This document shows, piece after piece, positions 29,741-38,192 of a stretch of 64,000 bases of DNA. The notes beneath the pieces were generated by a model. That model saw only the letters and a list, made by a program, of their open reading frames with translations, ran no database searches and was not told the DNA's origin. The stretch covers positions 1,280,001 through 1,344,000 of the forward strand of contig OZ241875.1 of assembly GCA_965203325.1 (NCBI GenBank). The letters run 5' to 3'. The first letter of the stretch is position 1, and the number at the start of each line of letters is the position of its first letter. A program made the translations under genes and the position numbers. This DNA is from a bacterium (GTDB lineage: Bacteria; UBA8248).

Positions 29741-29877
29741 GGACAGGTACGGGGGCCTGTCCCTACGGGATCGGTGGCCGGAATGACGGGTGTTGTGATC
29801 TCTACAAAAGGGTGTCGTAGGGGCGCTTCGTGAAGCGCCCGTTTCTCCGGCAAGGGCCGTTCGCGAACGGCCCCTAC
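29741..29877. repeat. GTAG-type REP-like palindromes directly downstream of the recombinase
   Basis: GGACAGG-TACGGGGG-CCTGTCCCTAC (29741-29766) and the doublet GTAGGGGCGCTTCGTGAAGCGCCC...GGGCCGTTCGCGAACGGCCCCTAC (29817-29877). Confidence 0.8.
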
Positions 29878-30014
29878 AAAATCATGATTCCCTGGCCATG
29901 AACCCCTCAACCCCCCTTTCAGGGGATAAAGGCAACCCCCCTACCCCCCTTGTCGGGCCTGTTGAAAAACCCGGCGTTCGTCATCTATGGCGCGCTCTCC
30001 CCACCAAAGAGAAT

Positions 30015-30306
30015 TTCAAATCAACTCCCCCCTTGAGGGTCTGTTGAGAAAGCCTGGAACTCTGGATTTGTCGTATGTGACCGACCGACGAGAGAGAAAA
30101 ATCAACTCCCCCCTTGAGGGGGAGTCGGCAAGACGAGGGCGAAGCCCGAAGTCGCGCCGGTGGGGGGAGTTTTTTCTGTGGCATGTCCCCCCACCGAATC
30201 GACCTTCGCAAAAAACGCTCGGCCTCTTCGACTCCCCCTCAAGGGGGGAGTTGATTGCATATCTCGCGCGTGAAGGAATGCCCCTCAAGGGGGGAGTGAA
30301 TTTGAA
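30015..30306. repeat. MITE-like palindromic element, copy B (30100-30256), nested inside a second pair of the same terminal repeats
   Basis: Perfect 28-bp inverted repeats at 30100-30127 / 30229-30256. Outer near-perfect pair at 30015-30039 / 30282-30306. Confidence 0.8.
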
Positions 30307-30818
30307 CCTCGTCTGGGGAAGAAAGCCCGACCTTCCAGGAGCCGCCCCAAAAACCTTTTTCAAAGGAGCACCCCCCCCCTACCCCCCCTTAACAGGGGTC
30401 AAACGCGAGTGATGAACGAGCGTTTGCATGAGCCATTGACGAGAAACACATCGTCTTGCAAAACCTCCCTCTTCGGTCGGTTTTGACCCCTGTCAAGGGG
30501 GGCAGGACAGCCCTGAGGAGGGGCTGTCCTTTCAGGCTGAGGAAAGAGGCGTCGGCGGTTTCCGGGGAACGCATACAGGGCTTCCCCAACACCCCGCTCA
30601 TCGGAGAAAAACCGCATTTCAATCCTGTTGCAACATTCAGGCGCAGTCCTTATATTAAAAGTAGGAACACGTTCATAAAGAGCATGGCCGAGGTGGAGAG
30701 GACGCTTCCTTTCCGCGCCGGCGCCTCACCCATAAGGAGGAGATAAAACGACTCGGAACAGTTGACGACAGGGTTGCCGTGAGCCAATGCAAGATTTCGT
30801 GGGGGAGTTACCGCAATC

Positions 30819-31559
30819 ATGAGTACATTTATCCTGCCATTCGTTTTGTCCCTGCTTATTCTTCTCCTCCCGGACGCTTCCCTGGCGAAGTACAAGGTCG
30901 CATCCGTCAAAGACGGCGGAACCATCACCGGCAAAGTCAGCTTCGAGGGAAAGGTTCCCGCCCCCGTCAAATACATCATCACCAAGGACCAGCACGCCTG
31001 CGGCAAGGGCCAGGTCACCCGCCAGGAGGTGGACGCGAAAGACGGCGCGCTTAGAGGCGTCATCGTCTATCTCGACAAGGTCAAAAAGGGCAAGGCGTAT
31101 CCCGAGAAAATCAAGAGCGCCGTGGTGGACCAGAAGAAGTGCGCCTACGTGCCCTACCTCCAGGTCGTCGCCGAGGGGGGCAAGGTCACCATCCTGAACA
31201 GCGACGCCGCCCACCACAACATCCACACCTACGAGATCATCGGCCGGGCGAAGCGCTCCATGTGGAACATCTCCCAGCCCAGGCAGCGGAAGAAGGTCGT
31301 CCGCCGGGCGAAGGTGCGGCGCAGCCCCATCGTCCGGGTCGAGTGCGACGTGCACAACTGGATGAAGGGATTCCTCTTCGTGGCCCGGAACCCCTACTAC
31401 GCGCTCGTGGGCGCGGACGGGCGCTTCGAGATCGCAGACGTCCCGCCGGGGAAATACTCGCTCAGGGCGTGGCACCCGGCCCTGGGGGTCAAGAAGAAAA
31501 GGATCAAAATTTCCACCGGAGGAAAGAAGACGGCCGACTTCACGTTTTCTGCGAAATAA
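30819..31559 (+). CDS. Exported protein with carboxypeptidase-regulatory-like domain and a cupredoxin-like copper motif
   Basis: Signal peptide ending ASLA. Motifs 'GGTITGKV', 'DQKKCAYVP', 'NSDAAHHNIH', 'CDVHNWM', 'DGRFEIADVPPGKY.L.AWHP'. Confidence 0.7.
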   Translation: MSTFILPFVLSLLILLLPDASLAKYKVASVKDGGTITGKVSFEGKVPAPVKYIITKDQHACGKGQVTRQEVDAKDGALRGVIVYLDKVKKGKAYPEKIKSAVVDQKKCAYVPYLQVVAEGGKVTILNSDAAHHNIHTYEIIGRAKRSMWNISQPRQRKKVVRRAKVRRSPIVRVECDVHNWMKGFLFVARNPYYALVGADGRFEIADVPPGKYSLRAWHPALGVKKKRIKISTGGKKTADFTFSAK

Positions 31560-31811
31560 GACCGGATTTTCAACACGAGGAAGACCCGGGAAGATGAGAA
31601 CCGACCCGCATGCAGTGAAAACACTCGAGAAGCGAACCGTTCGGTTCGCATCCGCGGGTTCACCCGTCTCGTTTCGGGCCGCCGCCGGAGAACACGCCGA
31701 ATACGGCCCGATGGGGGCCGCCCGAAAAGCTTCCTTGACGAAAACCAACCCCCCCTACCCCCCCTTAACAGGGGGGCAAGAAAGAGCAACCCCCCTTGTA
31801 GAGCGCTCAAC

Positions 31812-31990
31812 AATCAACTCCCCCCTTGAGGGGGTCGGGCTTTCCCCTCGGGAAGCCCGACAGAGGCCGAGCGGTTTGTGCGAAGGCCGATGTGGTGGGG
31901 GGAGTTTTTATCCGTGGCATGTCCCCCCACCGAATCGCTTGCGGGCTTCGCCCTTAGCTCTTCGACTCCCCCTCAAGGGGGGAGTTGATC
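31812..31990. repeat. MITE-like palindromic element, copy C (interior inverted relative to copies A and B)
   Basis: Same terminal repeats ATCAACTCCCCCCTTGAGGGGG / CCCCCTCAAGGGGGGAGTTGAT. The interior reads ...CGCTTGCGGGCTTCGCCCTTA, the reverse complement of copy A's TAAGGGCGAAGCCCGCAAGCG. Confidence 0.8.
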
Positions 31991-32259
31991 CTTTTTTGCG
32001 GGGGGTGCTTTTTTATACCCCCCTGACAAGGGGGGGTAGGGGGGGCAGGACAGCCCCGAGGAGGGGCTGTCCTTTATCCCCTGACAAAGGGGGTTGGGGG
32101 GTCGAACGCGACCGGGGAGGGAGCGTTCGTTCCCTTGACAAAAACTTTTTCAACAACCCCGAAGGCCGGGGTCGATATTCTCATCCGGCGCGGACGGGCC
32201 GGATGTCCGATAGGGGATAGCGTCAGAAGACAGAACAGCCAGCCAGGGAGGTGCGAAGA

Positions 32260-33366
32260 ATGAAATCAGTTCGCGTTGACAGGCGCCGGATACTCTGCGG
32301 AGTCCTGCTGAGCGCCTGGGTTTTGCTCCCCGCCGCGGGCCAGGGGGCTGCTCTCGCGCCCCTGCCGGCGCCCAAGGCCCAGAAGCCCGCGCAGGCCGAA
32401 CTGGGCCGGTACCTGTTCTTCGACCCCCGGATGTCGGGGGACGGAGGGGTCAGCTGCGCCACCTGCCACCAGCCCGCGAAGGGCTGGGGCGACGGGCAGG
32501 CGCTCTCGGCGGGTTATCCGGGGAGCAAGTATTTCCGGAACGCCCAGACGCTCTTGAACGCCGCCTACAACAAGCGCGTCTTCTGGGACGGCCGCCTGAG
32601 CGGGGCCGACCTGCCCACGCTCGTGCGGGACCACCTGACCGAAGCCCACTTCATGCTGGTCGACGGCCGCCTGTTCCCCGAGCGCCTCAAGCAGGTGCCG
32701 CTTTATGTGAAGAAATTCAAGGAGGTCTACGGCGGAGAGCCCTCCTTCGGCGGCGCGCTCAAGGCCATCGCGGCGTTCCTGCACACCATCGCCTCCAAAA
32801 ACGCGCCTTTCGACAACTACCTGAAGGGCGACAAAAAGGCCCTTTCCGCCGAGGCGCAAAAGGGCCTCGCCCTGTTCAGTGGAAAGGCCGGATGCGTTCA
32901 GTGCCATAACGGCGCGCTATTGAGCGACGGCGGGTTCCACGCGCTCGGCGTCCCCGAGAACGAACAGATATTCAAGGACCCGCTGCGCCACATCACCTTC
33001 CGGCGGTTCAACAAGGTCATCGGCGTCCCCAACTTCATGAACCTGAGGGCCGACCCCGGCCTCTACGTCGTGACGAAACAGGAGAGCGACCGCGGCAAGT
33101 TCCGCACGCCGACCCTGCGCGAAGTCGCCCGGACGGCGCCCTACATGCACAACGGCGCACTCGCCGCGCTTGAAGACGTCGTCGCCTTCTACGACAGGGG
33201 CGGCGGGAGCGGCCCCAACAAGAGCTCGCGCTTGAAGCCGCTGGGGCTGACTGCGGATGAGAAGAAGGCCCTGGTGGCGTTCCTTAAGAGCCTCTCGGGC
33301 GAGACGGTTTCTGCTGCGGCGCCGAAAATTCCCGATTATGAACTTCGCAAACTCGGCGATAATTGA
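32260..33366 (+). CDS. Di-haem cytochrome c peroxidase/MauG family protein (IdrP-like)
   Basis: Signal peptide, 'LGRYLFFDPRMS', haem motifs CATCH and CVQCH, 'FWDGR', 'GKFRTPTLR', 'APYMHNG'. Confidence 0.88.
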   Translation: MKSVRVDRRRILCGVLLSAWVLLPAAGQGAALAPLPAPKAQKPAQAELGRYLFFDPRMSGDGGVSCATCHQPAKGWGDGQALSAGYPGSKYFRNAQTLLNAAYNKRVFWDGRLSGADLPTLVRDHLTEAHFMLVDGRLFPERLKQVPLYVKKFKEVYGGEPSFGGALKAIAAFLHTIASKNAPFDNYLKGDKKALSAEAQKGLALFSGKAGCVQCHNGALLSDGGFHALGVPENEQIFKDPLRHITFRRFNKVIGVPNFMNLRADPGLYVVTKQESDRGKFRTPTLREVARTAPYMHNGALAALEDVVAFYDRGGGSGPNKSSRLKPLGLTADEKKALVAFLKSLSGETVSAAAPKIPDYELRKLGDN

Positions 33367-33376
33367 GGAGACGGCC

Positions 33377-34516
33377 ATGAACGCGCGAATCAAAAACTGC
33401 TTCCTGGGTTCCACGATGGCCGTATGCTTCATCGCCGCTCTTCTGGTGGGAGGAGCAAGCGCGGCCCAGGAGGGGAAATTCCCTCCGCTGGGACCCTTGC
33501 CGCCTGTTCCGGTGCCCGCGGACAACCCCATGTCCGCCGCCAAGGTGGCGCTCGGCAAGCTGCTCTTCTTCGACGCCCGCCTCTCGGGCGACGCCAGCAC
33601 GTCGTGCGCCTCCTGCCACAGCCCCGAGAGCGGCTGGGGGGACGGGGGCGATCTGAGCCGGGGCTACCCCGGCACGCAGCACTGGCGGAACTCCCAGACG
33701 ATCCTCAATTCCGCCTACTACGCCAAACTGTTCTGGGCGGGCGAGTCTACGAGCCTCGAAGCGCAGGCGAAGAGCGCCGCCACGGGCAACGTGGCGGGCA
33801 ACGGCGACACCATGATGATGGAGGAGCGCCTGCGCCAGGTCCCCGAATACGTCAGGCGCTTCCGGGCGGTGTTCGGCTCCCCCTGGCCCACCATCGACGA
33901 CGCCTGGCGGGCCATCTCCGCCTTCGAGCGCACCGTGGTGTCGAACGCGAAGGACGTGCCCTTCGACCGCTTCATGAAAGGCGAGGAGAAGGCGCTCTCG
34001 GACAGCGCTAAGCGCGGGCTGGCTCTCTTCCAGGGAAAGGCCGGGTGCGTCCAGTGCCACAACGGCGCGCTTTTATCGGATGAGGACTACCACAACGTCG
34101 GCGTTCCCAGGAACCCCGCGTTCGAGGAAGACCCCTTAAGGCAGATAACGCTTCGCTACCAGCACGTCATCCGCGGCGTTCCCGAATCCGTCTACCGCAA
34201 GGCGGACCGGGACCTGGGGCTCTTCTACACCACCAAGCGCGAGGCCGATAAGGGGAGGTTCCGCACCCCGAGCCTTAGAGAGCTCAAATACACCGCGCCC
34301 TACATGCACAACGGCGCATTTTTCGAGTTGGATGAGGTCATCGATTTTTATGACGAAGGGGGCGGCGAGGACGCGAACAAGAGTCCCCTCATCAAGAAAC
34401 TGGGACTTTCGGACGAGGAGAAAGAAGACCTGCTGGCGTTTCTGGAATCGCTCTCGAGCGATAAGCCCCTGCTCGTCCGGCCCCCCGAACTGCCGCCGTA
34501 TGCGGCCATGCCGTAA
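33377..34516 (+). CDS. Di-haem cytochrome c peroxidase/MauG family protein (IdrP-like), second paralog
   Basis: Signal peptide, 'PADNPMS..KVALGKLLFFDARLSGD', CASCH and CVQCH, 'GRFRTPSLR', 'APYMHNG'. GAGGAG RBS. Confidence 0.88.
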   Translation: MNARIKNCFLGSTMAVCFIAALLVGGASAAQEGKFPPLGPLPPVPVPADNPMSAAKVALGKLLFFDARLSGDASTSCASCHSPESGWGDGGDLSRGYPGTQHWRNSQTILNSAYYAKLFWAGESTSLEAQAKSAATGNVAGNGDTMMMEERLRQVPEYVRRFRAVFGSPWPTIDDAWRAISAFERTVVSNAKDVPFDRFMKGEEKALSDSAKRGLALFQGKAGCVQCHNGALLSDEDYHNVGVPRNPAFEEDPLRQITLRYQHVIRGVPESVYRKADRDLGLFYTTKREADKGRFRTPSLRELKYTAPYMHNGAFFELDEVIDFYDEGGGEDANKSPLIKKLGLSDEEKEDLLAFLESLSSDKPLLVRPPELPPYAAMP

Positions 34517-34526
34517 GGAGGAATCC

Positions 34527-35069
34527 ATGACTCAGGAAGCCAAGGAAACCCGGCCTTGCGTCTCGCGGCGCGCCTTTCTCCTGGCCGGCGGAACCGCCGT
34601 GAGCATCGTGCTGGTCCAGGGCATCCCCGGCCTGGCCGGAGCGGCCCTGCAAAGGGCGGAGTATCCCCGCCAGAAAATCGGGACGCTCAGCGCCTTGAAA
34701 GTCGATGCGCCGCAATTCTTCCAGTACCCGTGGAAGGACGTCTTCTCGGGGTGCATGCTGGTCAAACTGGGCGTTCAAGCCGGCGGCGGCGTCGGTCCCA
34801 AGCGGGACGTGGTGGCGTTCAGCACCCTCTGCACCCACATGGGCGGCCCCCTGCAGGGAACCTATAACGCGCAGCACAAGGCCATCGGCCCGTGCCCGTT
34901 CCATCTGACGACCTTCGACCTGATGAAGCACGGCATGGTCGGGGCGGGGCAGGCCACCGAAAGCCTCCCCCAGGTGGTTCTGGAGACCCGAGGAGACGAC
35001 ATCTACGCGATCGGGATGATGGGGCTGCTGTATGGTTATCACTCGAATCTGGCGCCGGTACAGCGCTGA
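34527..35069 (+). CDS. idrB: Rieske [2Fe-2S] small subunit, IdrB/AioB family, Tat-exported
   Basis: Tat motif 'SRRAFLL'. Rieske ligands 'CTHMGG' and 'CPFH' lack the disulfide cysteines. Also 'GGGVGP..DVVAFS' and 'GQATESLPQV'. Confidence 0.75.
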   Translation: MTQEAKETRPCVSRRAFLLAGGTAVSIVLVQGIPGLAGAALQRAEYPRQKIGTLSALKVDAPQFFQYPWKDVFSGCMLVKLGVQAGGGVGPKRDVVAFSTLCTHMGGPLQGTYNAQHKAIGPCPFHLTTFDLMKHGMVGAGQATESLPQVVLETRGDDIYAIGMMGLLYGYHSNLAPVQR

Positions 35070-35081
35070 GGAGGACGCATC

Positions 35082-37748
35082 ATGGCAGGAAAGGTGACGA
35101 ACTACTATCTTGCGGAAGACAGTGTCCCCCTCCCCCCGCCGAACGCGGAGGTGTTCACCACGGCGTGCGACTACTGCATCGTGGGCTGCGGGTACAAGGT
35201 CTACCGCTGGCCGATCGGTCGCGAGGGCGGACCCAAGGCGAGCCAGAACGCCCTGCGCGTCGATTTCCCCACCGCCATCATGAGCGGCGGCTGGGTCAGC
35301 CCGAACATGCACAACATCATCATGGTGAACGGCAGTCCCCACCACGTCGTCGTCATGCCGGACAAGGATGCGAATGTCGTGAACGTGGGGGGGAACCACT
35401 CCATCCGGGGCGGCGTCCTGGCCAAGAAGCTCTACAACCCCAACGAACCCTCGCAGGACCGCCTGCGCCAGCCGATGATGCGGGTCCGCGGCACCTTGCA
35501 GGAGGTCTCGTGGGACACGGCGGTGGGCGTCATGGCGGGACTCTCGAAGCACGTCCTCGACAAGTACGGCGAACACGCCTGGGCCATGAAGACGTATTCC
35601 TATCAGTATTTCGAGAACACCTACGCCATCTCCAAGCTCGCTTTCCGCGCCATCGGAACGCCGGCCTACGCCCCGCACGACAAGCCGGGCCCCGGCAAGG
35701 ACACGCCCGGGATCGATTTTTCCGGCATCAACCCCTTCAGCGCCTCCTATGACGACTGGGGAGAGGCCGAGGTCATCTTCTTCTCGGGCGTCGACCCCTG
35801 GGAGACCAAGTCGGTGCTGTTCACCTCGTGGATCATGGGCGGGAAAACGCCGAGCAAGAAACTCGTCTTCGCCATGCCGCGCAAGACCTCGGGCGTGGCC
35901 TACGGCGAGAAGCGCGGCGGCCTCTTTCTCCCCGTCATTCCGGGGACGGACACGGTGCTCCACCTGGCCATCATCCGCCTGATTCTGGAGAACGGCTGGG
36001 AGGACAAGGAGTGGATCGCGCGAAAAATCTCGAACAAGTGGGAGATCGGCTCCGGCATGGGCCGCGGCACCCGCAACACGCCCTGGCAGTGGGTCACGAC
36101 CTGGGGCAAGTACGGGACGGACTTCGAGGGCTACAGGAAGTGGATCATGAGCTACCCCTACGCCGAACTGGAGAGGGCCGCGAAGATCACCGGCGTGCCC
36201 GCGGCGTCCATCCGCCAGACGGCGGAAATACTCGCCAAGCCCAAAGCGGACGGAACGCGCAAGAAGACCTCGTTCATGCTCGAGAAGGGCAATTACTGGT
36301 GCAACAGTTTCGGGAACACGGCTTCCTTCGCGGCGCTGGGGCTGGTCTGCGGCGCCGGGTCGCGGCCGGGCCGGGTGATCTCCCGAGGCGGTGGACACCA
36401 GCGGGGCTGGATGGGAGGGGCCGGTTATCCGAGGAGCCTGTCGCCGGAGAAGGCGCCGGGGCGCCGCAAGAAGGAGATCGACCTCGACCGCTGGGTCGTG
36501 GACGGCCATGTGCGCTTCGCATGGGTCATCGGGACCACCTGGTGCCAGGCCATGGCGGCGTCTCAGGAGTTGATGGACGTCTTCCAGCGATTGACGCGCC
36601 GCAACCCGCACCAGATCGAGAGCTTCGACGTCGATACGGCGGTGGATGCGCTGAAGCGGCGGACGGACGCCGGCGGCATGGTCGTCGCCCACCAGGACAT
36701 CTACCCCGTTTCCCCGATCGGAACCGAGTATGCGGACCTGGTGCTCCCGGCCGCCACCTGGGGCGAGGAGGACTTCACCCGGTGCAACGGCGAGCGCCGC
36801 CTCAGGCTCTACAGCAAGTTCGCCGACCCCCCCGGAGAGGCCCGGCCCGACTGGTGGATCATCGCGGCCTTCGCGCGGAAGATGGGCTTCAAGGGCTTCG
36901 ACTGGAAGGACAGCAACCAGATATTCGAGGAGGCGGCCCGCTTCGGCCGCAAGGGGGTGCTCAACTACCACCCGCTCGTGGTGAAGGCCAAGCGCGAGGG
37001 GAAACGAGGCCACGAGCTGCTCCGCGAATACGGGACCGGCGGCATCCAAACCCCCATCCGCATGGTCAAGGGCGAACTCGTCGGTACGAAGCGCCTCCAC
37101 GACGAGACCCTGGAACTCGGAACCCCCGAGGGACCCACAATGCACCGGAAATGGCTCACCTCCTTCGGCACCCAGAGCGGCAAGGCGGTCTTGCTGAAAA
37201 GCTACTGGGAGGATTTCAAGGATTTCTACGATCGGGTCACCCCGCAGGGAGACGAGCTGTGGGTGACGAACGGCCGGATCAACGAGCTCTGGCAATCCGG
37301 CTACGACGACAAGCGGCGGCCCTACATCATGCAGCGCTGGCCCCAGCAGTTCCTGGAAATTCACCCCAAAGACGCCGGCGCCCGGGGCATCGAATCAGGA
37401 GACCTGGTGGCCATCGAGAACGACGACCTGCTCGTGCAGACGGGCGGATACATCGGCGTCGACGGCAAGGAGCAGACGTTCACCGAGCTCATGAAGGCCG
37501 GGAATATCAAGAAGAGCAAGGGGAGCTTCACCGCTGTGGCCATGGTCACGGACGCGGTCCGGGAGGGCGTCACCTTCGCCTATTTCGGCTTTCCCGAGAA
37601 CCCGGCGAACTCGGTGGTCCACCGGGTGCCGGATCCCCTGACCAACCGCTACCGCTACAAGCTGGGCAAGGGGAAATTGAAGAAGATAGGAGAATCTCCG
37701 CACAAGCATTCGCTGACGAGCTTAAGCTTCGTCCCCCGGACGCTTTGA
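35082..37748 (+). CDS. idrA: DMSO-reductase-family molybdoenzyme large subunit, IdrA (iodate reductase) clade / arsenite-oxidase-like
   Basis: 'VPLPP.NAEV.TTACDYCIVGCGYKVYRWP' ([3Fe-4S] C-x2-C-x3-C plus 'HSIRGG' Ser), 'MKTYSYQYFENTYAISK', 'GRGTRNTPWQW.TTWG', 'EKGNYW', 'RGGGHQRG'. Lacks the AioA 'HNRPAYNSE' motif. Flanked by two peroxidases. Confidence 0.75.
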   Translation: MAGKVTNYYLAEDSVPLPPPNAEVFTTACDYCIVGCGYKVYRWPIGREGGPKASQNALRVDFPTAIMSGGWVSPNMHNIIMVNGSPHHVVVMPDKDANVVNVGGNHSIRGGVLAKKLYNPNEPSQDRLRQPMMRVRGTLQEVSWDTAVGVMAGLSKHVLDKYGEHAWAMKTYSYQYFENTYAISKLAFRAIGTPAYAPHDKPGPGKDTPGIDFSGINPFSASYDDWGEAEVIFFSGVDPWETKSVLFTSWIMGGKTPSKKLVFAMPRKTSGVAYGEKRGGLFLPVIPGTDTVLHLAIIRLILENGWEDKEWIARKISNKWEIGSGMGRGTRNTPWQWVTTWGKYGTDFEGYRKWIMSYPYAELERAAKITGVPAASIRQTAEILAKPKADGTRKKTSFMLEKGNYWCNSFGNTASFAALGLVCGAGSRPGRVISRGGGHQRGWMGGAGYPRSLSPEKAPGRRKKEIDLDRWVVDGHVRFAWVIGTTWCQAMAASQELMDVFQRLTRRNPHQIESFDVDTAVDALKRRTDAGGMVVAHQDIYPVSPIGTEYADLVLPAATWGEEDFTRCNGERRLRLYSKFADPPGEARPDWWIIAAFARKMGFKGFDWKDSNQIFEEAARFGRKGVLNYHPLVVKAKREGKRGHELLREYGTGGIQTPIRMVKGELVGTKRLHDETLELGTPEGPTMHRKWLTSFGTQSGKAVLLKSYWEDFKDFYDRVTPQGDELWVTNGRINELWQSGYDDKRRPYIMQRWPQQFLEIHPKDAGARGIESGDLVAIENDDLLVQTGGYIGVDGKEQTFTELMKAGNIKKSKGSFTAVAMVTDAVREGVTFAYFGFPENPANSVVHRVPDPLTNRYRYKLGKGKLKKIGESPHKHSLTSLSFVPRTL

Positions 37749-37795
37749 TGGAGATGGAGGTTTACACAGGCCCGTAGAACCGCGAGGGAGGTTGA

Positions 37796-38182
37796 ATGCG
37801 AATGTCTCGATCGAGAGGATTCATCATCTGCGCAGGCCCTGCGCTCGCAGTGGCGTTCTTTTTCTGGTCTTCGGATGACGGGGCCGCTCAGCAGAAAGGC
37901 GACGTTGCGGCCGGCAACGTCAAATACCAGCAGCTTTGCGCCTCCTGCCACGGTGCATCGGGCAAGGGCGACGGCCCCGCAGCCAAGGCGCTCAACCCGA
38001 AGCCGAGGAATCACACCGACGCCAAATACATGAAGACCATATCGGATGAGTACATCGCCAAGATCACCAAGCTTGGCGGCGTCGCGGTAGGAAAATCGCC
38101 ACTGATGCCCCCCTGGGGCGGGGTTCTTTCGGACGCGGACCTCCAGAACCTGGTCGCGTTCATGCGCTCCCTGGCGAAATAG
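37796..38182 (+). CDS. Periplasmic mono-haem cytochrome c
   Basis: Signal peptide, 'CASCHG..GKGDGPAA', 'PKPRN', distal 'MPPWG'. Confidence 0.88.
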   Translation: MRMSRSRGFIICAGPALAVAFFFWSSDDGAAQQKGDVAAGNVKYQQLCASCHGASGKGDGPAAKALNPKPRNHTDAKYMKTISDEYIAKITKLGGVAVGKSPLMPPWGGVLSDADLQNLVAFMRSLAK

Positions 38183-38192
38183 GACCGCGGGC

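Noticed and set aside
24500..32200. Repeat clusters as a CRISPR array
   Set aside because: The repeats are palindromic, irregularly spaced and in mixed orientation. There is no constant repeat-spacer period and no cas gene.
34392..37364. 990-aa minus-strand ORF, and similar long antisense ORFs at 5730-7745, 21418-23373, 41134-42957 and 52779-54980
   Set aside because: They lie exactly opposite well-supported genes and have no recognisable motifs. They are typical stop-poor shadow frames of high-GC coding DNA.
35082..37748. Calling the molybdoenzyme a canonical arsenite oxidase (aioBA)
   Set aside because: The B-A order fits, but the AioA HNRPAYNSE motif is missing, two cytochrome c peroxidases are linked, and no ars/aioXSR genes are in the window.
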